Below are positions 55,309 through 63,166 of a DNA stretch of 64,000 nucleotides, piece by piece. The position numbers were made by a program, and so were the translations under genes. The stretch's first letter is position 1. Each line of letters opens with the position of its first letter. The notes beneath the pieces were generated by a model. It did not search any database and was not told where the DNA came from. It saw nothing but the letters and a program-made list of their open reading frames with translations. Source of the DNA: a virus (Duplodnaviria; Caudoviricetes); the IMG/VR virus record IMGVR_UViG_3300042356_000309, positions 2,235 through 66,234 of that record. One strand, given 5' to 3'.

Positions 55309-57312
55309 TTATTTCTTACTAAATCTTCTAGCTCCAGCCTGCATATTACCTTGGCTTGATGAGTATTGTCTAGCTCCAGTTTTTATGTTTTTACCAGCCT
55401 CTAGAATTTTTCCAAGTTTAACATTTTTACCACTCTTAGCATACTCCTTTATATCTGACTTAGTCATTAACTTAGGCTCTTTATACTTAGCAACATCAGC
55501 AGCACCTTTTAGAGGTATTGTTTTGTTTAGCTCTGTCATACTAAAGTAACTAGTTCCTCTCATTGTTTTACCCTTAGCTGTTTTTCTAGCTTTTTTAGCT
55601 TCACTAGCTGTTGCAGCAACATTAATTGCTCTGGTATCCTTCTTCTCCATACGAAGACCCTTTCTGATATCACCTTTGAATGATCTAGCTTCTTTAGCAA
55701 CTCCTCTGGTTCCTTTAACTCCAGTTCTGATCATTTTCTTCTCTTCAGCAGTTCTCTTCATGCCTCTAGCCTCTTTCATAGCAGTACGTGCAGATGACTT
55801 CATTGCCTTGATCTCAGCAGGAGATTTTGCAGACTTCATTGCCTCAAGATCTTTTGCTAGTCCAGCAGCACTTGTGTCCTTACTAAACTTCTTAGGAGCC
55901 TTAGCAGCTTTAGCCTCAGCCATCATTGATTTAGATTTTGCAATAGCTCTACCTTTAGCACTTCCTTCAGTTCTAATTCCCTTAACTTGACCTTTTGATA
56001 GTTTACCTATTTCCTTAATATCTGCCTTAGCTCCTTTTAATGAAGATACTCTTTCTCCAGATGACGATGATAAGTTTCCTGTAAGTTTTTCACCTTTTAT
56101 TGCTCCAGTTTTTCTTTCAACACCTTTATCGTCTTTGTATGTCATAGAATCAGAGTCATACAATGCCTTTAAATCTTTAAGTCTTTGAGCTGAACCTTCT
56201 TGAAGTTTTTCACCACGCTTAACTGCCGTACCATACTTATTAGCTTGATCCTTAAGTGCAACTCCACTCATTCCAAGAACTCGTTCCCTTGCACCTGCAA
56301 GTTTCTCCTCCTTCTTGTACTTCATTCTTTCGGAAAGTCTTGCGTTTTTAACTTTTGTTGTAGTTTGTGTAACAACCCCTCTTCTAGAACGGTTCCAGCC
56401 TGGTTTATCTAGTCCAGTAATTCTTTCAACTAAATCAGTGTCTTTCCAATCTTTTACCCTTTCTTGCTTAAAAGGCATATTCAACTTTGCGGCAAGTGAA
56501 TCTTTATAGTCAAAAGCTAACTTTTTTTTACTCTTAGTTCTTCCTTTAGGACCAGAAACAGTCTCTGGAACCTGTATATCTCTTTCAGCTTCCTTGTCTT
56601 TTGTGATAAGATTAGGTTGCTTTAACTTTCTCTCATCAATAGCCTTTTGCTTAGCCTTTGCAGCAAACTTACTTCCTGTCTTAACTAGCTCCTTTCGTTG
56701 TGGAATCTTGTTCTTCTCTGGGTTTCTTGGTATCAGACCAGCGTGCAAGCTTCCAGAGAATCCCCAGTCGTCACCTGCCTGTGAGTATGGATTGTATGCA
56801 TCGTATTCTTTTTGACTTTTAAACTCATCTCTAAACTTATCAGTAGTTGGTTTTTTACCAGCTTTCAACCAAGCGTTATACATTGACTGAGATAGCTCTA
56901 CGTCTTGATCACTAGATCCCATAGAATCAAGATTAAGCTGCTTCCTTAGTAACTCCTGGTCCTCATCTGGAATATCAGCTATAGTCATGTCTGCATCTGG
57001 ATGACGGTAGTCGTACCACTTATCTGCTTTAGGATTCTTGCTTGTTCTCTCCTTTCTACTTCTAGTGTCCTCTCCAACTGTAAATGTGTCTGACCTAACT
57101 TGTGGGCCTAACATTCCTTGGTTTACACCTTGATACTGAACCTTAGACCCCTTATCTAGCTTAGCAGGCTCTCCCTCTTTTGGTTTTGCCTTGATACCTA
57201 CCTCACCAAGCATCTTCGGGCTAGACGATGTCTTCCCATCGTTCGATGTCGTCTTTGTTACAGCACGACCCATACGTGTACGTGCTGTAGACATTTTACT
57301 TCTTACTGCCAT
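55309..57312 (-). CDS. very Lys/Arg-rich 667-aa protein (candidate DNA-condensing/internal protein)
   Basis: ORF track; K/A/R/G-rich low complexity. Confidence 0.7.
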   Translation of the reverse strand: MAVRSKMSTARTRMGRAVTKTTSNDGKTSSSPKMLGEVGIKAKPKEGEPAKLDKGSKVQYQGVNQGMLGPQVRSDTFTVGEDTRSRKERTSKNPKADKWYDYRHPDADMTIADIPDEDQELLRKQLNLDSMGSSDQDVELSQSMYNAWLKAGKKPTTDKFRDEFKSQKEYDAYNPYSQAGDDWGFSGSLHAGLIPRNPEKNKIPQRKELVKTGSKFAAKAKQKAIDERKLKQPNLITKDKEAERDIQVPETVSGPKGRTKSKKKLAFDYKDSLAAKLNMPFKQERVKDWKDTDLVERITGLDKPGWNRSRRGVVTQTTTKVKNARLSERMKYKKEEKLAGARERVLGMSGVALKDQANKYGTAVKRGEKLQEGSAQRLKDLKALYDSDSMTYKDDKGVERKTGAIKGEKLTGNLSSSSGERVSSLKGAKADIKEIGKLSKGQVKGIRTEGSAKGRAIAKSKSMMAEAKAAKAPKKFSKDTSAAGLAKDLEAMKSAKSPAEIKAMKSSARTAMKEARGMKRTAEEKKMIRTGVKGTRGVAKEARSFKGDIRKGLRMEKKDTRAINVAATASEAKKARKTAKGKTMRGTSYFSMTELNKTIPLKGAADVAKYKEPKLMTKSDIKEYAKSGKNVKLGKILEAGKNIKTGARQYSSSQGNMQAGARRFSKK

Positions 57313-57314
57313 TG

Positions 57315-57698
57315 TTATCCTCTTTTAGTAGATGTTAACTTAGATACAAACCTCTTAAATTTACCAGGCGCAGTTACCTTTACCTCTGGCAACATCTTAG
57401 CCTTAGGCTTCTGCTGTGTAGGCATAATCGTACCAGTCTTAACTGCCTTACGTGCGATCTTTGGTTTAGGCATATATATACCTGCCGATGAACCCATGGT
57501 CATAGCATTCTCAACTTGTTTATATGCATTCTTAAAGAAACCTCCTTCTGGAGCAGAAACTTCTTTCTTCATACCCATTGACATTGGCTTAGATGATTTA
57601 CCTTTACCAATGTTCTTTACTCCCTGTCCTACAGACTTGGAGTTAGTCAACGTGCTCATCGGAGTCACGGTGCTTGCTTTTGTTACTTTTCTGATCAT
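57315..57698 (-). CDS. Lys/Met-rich basic protein
   Basis: ORF track, operon spacing. Confidence 0.7.
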   Translation of the reverse strand: MIRKVTKASTVTPMSTLTNSKSVGQGVKNIGKGKSSKPMSMGMKKEVSAPEGGFFKNAYKQVENAMTMGSSAGIYMPKPKIARKAVKTGTIMPTQQKPKAKMLPEVKVTAPGKFKRFVSKLTSTKRG

Positions 57699-57710
57699 TG
57701 TTATATATGT

Positions 57711-58088
57711 TTAGCGTCCTCTTCTGGTCATTGGTTTATTACTAGGCTTAGGAAGACCTGCCTTCTTAATAGTTGTGTAAGTAGATTTTTTAGCATCTCT
57801 CTCAGCTTTGTTATTAGCAATGTTCATCTTTACATTACCAACAGCTTCTTTAAACTGTTTTCCAATTTGCTTAATAGAACCCTTAACAGCAGTCGCTAAT
57901 GGACCAGGTCTGTTCATACTTTTTAGCTGATTCCCAGCGTTCTCAGATGCTTTCTTTTTAGCATCATCCATTTTTTTCTTTTTCATAGCAGCTTGAATAC
58001 CAGATCCTATTCCAGTATTGCTGTATGCAGAGCTTCCTTGTGATGCCTTTGGCATCTTCGTGCTCATCGCAGTTACCATTCTTTTCAT
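57711..58088 (-). CDS. Lys/Met-rich basic protein
   Basis: ORF track; TACATTTG at 58121-58128 upstream. Confidence 0.7.
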   Translation of the reverse strand: MKRMVTAMSTKMPKASQGSSAYSNTGIGSGIQAAMKKKKMDDAKKKASENAGNQLKSMNRPGPLATAVKGSIKQIGKQFKEAVGNVKMNIANNKAERDAKKSTYTTIKKAGLPKPSNKPMTRRGR

Positions 58089-58132
58089 AACATGTTATAT
58101 TTTTAAAGTTTATCGATATGCAAATGTAATAA

Positions 58133-58279
58133 TTATTCCTCACAGTTCATTCTGTGATACCTACAGTTTAATGATGCGTAGTACTGATCCCAGTCCTTCT
58201 GACGCTTCTTAGACCTCTCAGCGTAGCTTGTGCTGACTTGTGACGGCTTAGTGTTGAGTTTGTGCTGCCTTTTTTTCAT
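58133..58279 (-). CDS. small basic hypothetical protein (48 aa)
   Basis: Hand translation MKKRQHKLNTKPSQ... Confidence 0.4.
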   Translation of the reverse strand: MKKRQHKLNTKPSQVSTSYAERSKKRQKDWDQYYASLNCRYHRMNCEE

Positions 58280-58287
58280 CTATTGTA

Positions 58288-58521
58288 TTGATTATTAGTT
58301 AGTTACGTGTTTTTGTGTCGAAATGACGACAGGGGGCTCAGAAAAAAAATATTTTTTTTATTTATTTCTATAGTCTCTTTATATATATAATTATTTTTTT
58401 TTTTTTAATTTGTAAATATAGTAACATCTTAACACTAAAATAGCTATAACCATTATAAATAAAGAGATATAGAGCTTTTCAACTAAGCATTTAGTCAGCA
58501 CTAAATGGCAAATCTTGACAC
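58288..58521. repeat. degenerate inverted copy of 1271-1517
   Basis: AATCTTGACAC, TATAGTAACATCTtAaCACTAAAA and TTGATTATTAgTTAGTTA blocks. Confidence 0.75.
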
Positions 58522-58527
58522 TAATCG

Positions 58528-58641
58528 CTACTTCTTGACACGGATCTTCGGTAGTGACTTCTTTAGTGAAGGCTTCTTAACGATCAATCTCCTAAGACTA
58601 GGATTCTTCAACCCCTTTATTTTTGGCTTCAAACTTTTCAT
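58528..58641 (-). CDS. 37-aa protamine-like peptide
   Basis: MKSLKPKIKGLKNPSLRRLIVKKPSLKKSLPKIRVKK; TAACTTTG 4 nt upstream. Confidence 0.55.
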   Translation of the reverse strand: MKSLKPKIKGLKNPSLRRLIVKKPSLKKSLPKIRVKK

Positions 58642-58791
58642 ATAGCAAAGTTAAAAAATTAGTCGCATATTCTGGGGTGGGGGGTAATATATACAATTTC
58701 ACGTGAACATACGATAAAGGAAACGAGTTCAAAATGAGCATGGGGGTATACATTTCTATAGATTTCTCTGAACTTTTTAGCTTTTTGCCTA

Positions 58792-59069
58792 GCATGTAGG
58801 CATGCACGCACACATGCACGCACGTCACACGTGCACATCGCACGCACGCACATACGTCACGCATGGACGTACACGCACACGCATACACACATGAGCATGT
58901 GCACACAAGCACGCATACATGTACGCATGTACATGAGCGAGCGCACATATGTACGCACATACATACACACATGCATGTGAGCGTACACACATACACACGT
59001 GCACACATAAGCGCAGGCATACACACATACGCACATCACGTCATGCACACACGCACACATCACGTGCGT
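58792..59069. repeat. non-periodic alternating purine-pyrimidine tract (CA/TG/CG/TA mosaic)
   Basis: Direct reading, e.g. CATGCACGCACACATGCACGCACGT... Confidence 0.95.
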
Positions 59070-59258
59070 CCGCTCGGTTCGTTTATGCGCTGAGGTTTCT
59101 TTTTTGGGCGCATGTCTTCAGACAGGAAATCACAACAGCACCCATTTCCCCCCGTCAAAATGTATGGTAACACACATTTAGCTAAATTTTTTTTCATTTT
59201 TTTCTCGTTGATTATCAGTGAGTTACGAATTATTTTCACTTGTGGTGTTACCTGTCGT

Positions 59259-59289
59259 GTTACTTTTTGTTTCTTTTCACATTATACTA
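59259..59289 (+). promoter_or_regulatory. putative early promoter GTTACTTTTT-N11-CATTATACTA, copy 1
   Basis: Identical boxes and spacing at 59510-59540. Confidence 0.65.
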
Positions 59290-59509
59290 TCAGAACACCG
59301 AACGAGGTGACACAGATTTGACAAGCGACACACATGGGGATGAACAACAAGACCTTCAGTCTAGTCAGCGTATGCGACAGCACTAGTGAAAGTAATGAGG
59401 GCACGGAATAGTAGTCTACTGAGAACGAACATGGATGCGATGATACGAGCTACATAGATTGAAATTGCTTAGTAACATCAGTCAAACAAAAAAAATTTTA
59501 ATGCAGGTT

Positions 59510-59540
59510 GTTACTTTTTCAAGCAGGTTGCATTATACTA
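59510..59540 (+). promoter_or_regulatory. putative early promoter, copy 2
   Basis: Same as copy 1; followed by a boxA-like sequence. Confidence 0.65.
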
Positions 59541-59551
59541 GAAACAACACA

Positions 59552-59563
59552 GTTCTTTGACAT
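59552..59563 (+). promoter_or_regulatory. boxA-like antitermination element GTTCTTTGACAT
   Basis: Resembles the rrn/lambda boxA consensus; 11 nt after promoter copy 2. Confidence 0.55.
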
Positions 59564-59991
59564 AACGATACAACGATTAGCACATTTAATCATGGCACAT
59601 AAGACGAGTAATACCCCTAGCTGATAGGTTTCGCAGTCGTAGGTAACAAAGCATCCTACTAATCATAGCAACGGCAATGTGAATCAGATTGTATCAAAAG
59701 TAATAGATTGCTCGGATGATAGAGATATCATCTAACGTAGGAGCAAAAAAAAATAATTAATCACTATGGGGGCGGAAAAACAATTAATCCCTATAGGAGT
59801 AAAAAATAATTAATCACTAACGGCATAAGTGCCGTAACAACATCTAATGTATAACAAAGGTAATGATGTATGAACACTATACGTAATTGTATATAGCATG
59901 TGGCTGTCATTGAATGTTATACAAGCGAACAATTCCTTTCGGTGGTGGGATAACCGACTAGTAAATAGGGAGAGACAAACCAATCTCTCCC

Positions 59992-60040
59992 GTGTCATGT
60001 GGTGTGTGCCACATCTGATGAGTTCGAAAGAACGAAACAC
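59992..60040 (+). ncRNA. hammerhead ribozyme, type III
   Basis: GUGUC / AUGUGG-ugugug-CCACAU / CUGAUGA / GUUC-gaaa-GAAC / GAAACAC; full core, all three stems paired. Confidence 0.9.
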
Positions 60041-60068
60041 ATTATTAACCAATTAAAAAACAATCACC

Positions 60069-60191
60069 ATGAAAGCAATTAACAGAATCGTAGACGTAGT
60101 TTTTTTAGGAATCTTAACTACAGCATTAGCACTAGCAATCTTAATGATTGTAACTGGTAACGTCCATGCATCATTCACGAATGTAGGGTAA
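60069..60191 (+). CDS. small single-TM early protein (40 aa)
   Basis: MKAINRIVDVVFLGILTTALALAILMIV...; conserved leader. Confidence 0.6.
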   Translation: MKAINRIVDVVFLGILTTALALAILMIVTGNVHASFTNVG

Positions 60192-60219
60192 TTTATTAAT
60201 CAATTAAAACTTAGAAATC

Positions 60220-60387
60220 ATGAACGAATTAATCAACAGAATCAAGCACGACATCAAGCAAGCTGAGGCAAGAAGAGATGCATTTGAAAAAGGTACAAGG
60301 GAGTATGGTTTTAATCAAGGTATTGTATCCGCATTAAAAACAGTTTTATTCGACATGCGAGAATTAAGGTTAACTGATGAGTCTTGA
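60220..60387 (+). CDS. small early protein (55 aa); 3' end overlaps a hammerhead
   Basis: Hand translation ending RLTDES; TTAGAAATCATG leader. Confidence 0.6.
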   Translation: MNELINRIKHDIKQAEARRDAFEKGTREYGFNQGIVSALKTVLFDMRELRLTDES

Positions 60388-60419
60388 GTAGACGAAAGGG
60401 GATGTATCCCCTCTTAACC
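60368..60419 (+). ncRNA. hammerhead ribozyme, type I
   Basis: GGUUAA / CUGAUGA / GUCU-ugagu-AGAC / GAAA / GGGGA-ugua-UCCCC / UC / UUAACC. Confidence 0.9.
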
Positions 60420-60436
60420 AAATAAAATACACCACC

Positions 60437-61696
60437 ATGAGTAAAGTAATCAAAATTGAAGGAGCTTATGAGATTATAGGCTTCTACGTGAATGACGTAT
60501 TAGTTAGAACTACGAAGAGAAGAGTAACTAACTGGAAGTAATTGTTTAACCAAATAAAATTTAGAGTCATGGACAGAGACATCAAGATGTTCTTAACGGC
60601 ATCAGTAACACTAGCAATTGGGATAGTATCAATGGTATACTACGGACTAAACTATTAACCAAATAAAACTTAGAAATCATGAAAACATTTTTTGTAACAA
60701 GCGTATACGCTGATAGTGTACTAGACACATATAAAATTAAAGCTGTAGATGTAAGCGAAGCAATCAAGAAAGCTAAAAATAAACTAGCAAAGATTACTGG
60801 TAAAAGCTTTGCTGAGAGATGTGAGTACTTGACAAAGTAAATTATTAACCAAACAAAAACCAAACACCATGAAATCAACATTCAATTCATTAGTATCGAT
60901 GATACCATGTGCGGATAAACAACTGATGTTGTCCGCACTATATGACAAAGCGACAACCGTACAGAAGTTAGAGTTGATTGTATCACTAGAAGACTTCTTA
61001 GGAATCGACAAACAGAACATAGTTAAGAACTTTTTAAACCAATCGAGATGACAATTGACAAAGGAATAATCATAGCAACAGGACAGGAAGTTGTTATACG
61101 CAGAAAACAAATGGGACGATACTTGATCGAATTCCCGAACGGAATGACATATTGGTATTCACGAGATAAAATTAGAGAGATATGAAAAGCGAGAAAGAAT
61201 TAATCAGAACACTATTGTTTTATGCTGAGATGCTATCAGATAAGAATTCATCAGAGAAATTTCAGAATGAATACAGCAGGCTATCGTTAACGTTTGACTA
61301 CTACACGAGAGCAATTGAAGAGGCAAGAGAGTACATGACCAATCAAAAATAAACCACCATGAAACGATTAAAAGACATCAGAGAGGGCACGTTAGTACAA
61401 CTTGCCAACAGCATCCTTGAGTACTACATTCGAGGGAAAGCTAGCAACGGACGTGTAAAGCTTGTATGCTTCACGACAAAGCACGAGAGGTATTCACACC
61501 TTGATTGCTCATTAACTAAAGATACTAAAGTTATAATCTATAAGCCATGAAAAGAAGAATGTTATTGATATCGCTTGGCATGTTTGCCATGGGTATTGTA
61601 TGTTCGATGCAGGACATCGAAGAGGCAGGAGTAATGTATGTAATGGGTACATTATTCATGATAAAGAGTATGAACTTTAAAAGCTATAAGCCATGA
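60437..61696 (+). other. array of tiny early ORFs: 60437-60541, 60569-60658, 60679-60840, 60869-61051, 61048-61185, 61182-61352, 61359-61550, 61547-61696
   Basis: Each begins at a conserved leader or an ATGA overlap; two are hydrophobic. Confidence 0.6.
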
Positions 61697-61786
61697 CTAA
61701 CACACAGCGATTGATACTCATTGGCTTGGGTAGGACAATGAGGAATTATATTAATAGATTTAACTAACAAATAAAAATTAGAAATC

Positions 61787-61978
61787 ATGAAAGAATACAC
61801 AGCAACAATTAAATGGCTAGACAGCCAAGAGATGCAAGATGTCATCATAAAGGTAGGTGACGTAGATGAAAATGACGATAACATATTCTTTTATTTTGAT
61901 TCCGAAAATGAAATAGAAGAATTCAAAACAGAAGGAGTTAACGATTTTGTAATAGTAGATTTTTTACCAAACATTTAA
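61787..61978 (+). CDS. acidic early protein
   Basis: ORF track; DDxIFFYF motif. Confidence 0.7.
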   Translation: MKEYTATIKWLDSQEMQDVIIKVGDVDENDDNIFFYFDSENEIEEFKTEGVNDFVIVDFLPNI

Positions 61979-61990
61979 AAACTAGAAATC

Positions 61991-62305
61991 ATGAAAACAA
62001 TAAAAGAAAACAACAGACTGATTGCAGAGTTTATGGGTATGCAGGAGACTAAAATAGGATGGTATGACGCTGAAGAAAACCTGTCACTCGGATATACATA
62101 CTTTGATAATACATTTGACGAGTTGTTATTTAATAAGTCTTGGGATTGGTTGATGCCAGTAGTAGATGCTATATACAATATAGATATTGATGAGCAAGCA
62201 ACAAATGAAATTGGCGACATTACTCATGCTTTATTGGACGTAAATATAAACGCAGTGCATGAAGCAGTAGTAAACTTTATAGAATTTTATAACAAACAAA
62301 ACTAG
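61991..62305 (+). CDS. conserved phage protein (NxLIAEFMG...SWDWLMPVV)
   Basis: ORF track and recognisable motif. Confidence 0.75.
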   Translation: MKTIKENNRLIAEFMGMQETKIGWYDAEENLSLGYTYFDNTFDELLFNKSWDWLMPVVDAIYNIDIDEQATNEIGDITHALLDVNINAVHEAVVNFIEFYNKQN

Positions 62306-62310
62306 AAATC

Positions 62311-62580
62311 ATGGAAAAATTTGCAAGACGTTGTGATGCTACTGGACGTGGTATGAACGAAGGATACGTAGTAGGAGATGGAGAACGTTACTTCTCTGAG
62401 AAACAGCATTTAATAGATTGGCTAAGAAGTAGAGGTGGTATGGATGAATTGTCTGATGAGTTTATATTGAACGAATCATACGAGTTAGAGGAATACTACT
62501 ACACCGAATGGGACGAAGAAATAAACGAAAACAACTACGATTGTTACTACGATGAGGAAGGTAACGAGTATGAATTTTAA
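62311..62580 (+). CDS. acidic conserved phage protein (ARxCDxTGxGMNEG...YYTEW)
   Basis: ORF track and motif. Confidence 0.75.
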   Translation: MEKFARRCDATGRGMNEGYVVGDGERYFSEKQHLIDWLRSRGGMDELSDEFILNESYELEEYYYTEWDEEINENNYDCYYDEEGNEYEF

Positions 62581-62592
62581 AACCAAACCACC

Positions 62593-62982
62593 ATGGAAAC
62601 AAAGAAAATTAAGTTCGGTCTACTATACACAAGTAGCAAACAACTAGTGAAGTTCTGCACTGACAATAGCAAGCATTCAGATGAAAAATCTGTAGCAAAC
62701 ATAATGATTAAAAGAGTAATCACTGAAGAGGGATTCGAATACTCATGGAAAGGTATAAAGTCATGGTTACATGACTACGCAGACTACATGAATGCAGATA
62801 TGTTTGACGACAGAGATGACCACACGCCCGAGCAGTTGACATCATACATATCAGATATGATTGTATACTCAAATGCTCCTCACATCATCAGACTTGAGAC
62901 ATCAACTGAGGTTAATTCTGATTTCAAGAATAGTGTCATGTACGAAATAGAGAAAATGCTTGACAAAGCTTTAACCAAATAA
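62593..62982 (+). CDS. hypothetical early protein
   Basis: ORF track; conserved leader. Confidence 0.65.
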   Translation: METKKIKFGLLYTSSKQLVKFCTDNSKHSDEKSVANIMIKRVITEEGFEYSWKGIKSWLHDYADYMNADMFDDRDDHTPEQLTSYISDMIVYSNAPHIIRLETSTEVNSDFKNSVMYEIEKMLDKALTK

Positions 62983-62993
62983 AAATAATCGCC

Positions 62994-63155
62994 ATGAAGA
63001 GGGTAACATTAAACACCAAGTTGACCATGCAGGGATGGACAATAACAGGAGAATACCTACTGATAGGTAACTTCAGCAATCTCATTGACAATGCGACATG
63101 GTATGTCGTAATGGATGAGATGACAAACGAAACATTTATAATTGATAACTACTAA
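62994..63155 (+). CDS. hypothetical protein (53 aa), homolog of 401-559
   Basis: Hand translation; shared TITGEY motif. Confidence 0.7.
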   Translation: MKRVTLNTKLTMQGWTITGEYLLIGNFSNLIDNATWYVVMDEMTNETFIIDNY

Positions 63156-63166
63156 ACAAAATCGCC

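Noticed and set aside
58598-59170. ORFs rich in C/V/M/H/T across the RY tract
   Set aside because: Alternating RY sequence lacks stop codons in several frames on both strands; the translations are compositional artefacts.
62438-62481. Third hammerhead-like CTGATGAG...AACGAAT
   Set aside because: GAAT instead of GAAA, no stem I and no NUH site; lies inside a well-formed ORF (LSDEFILNES).
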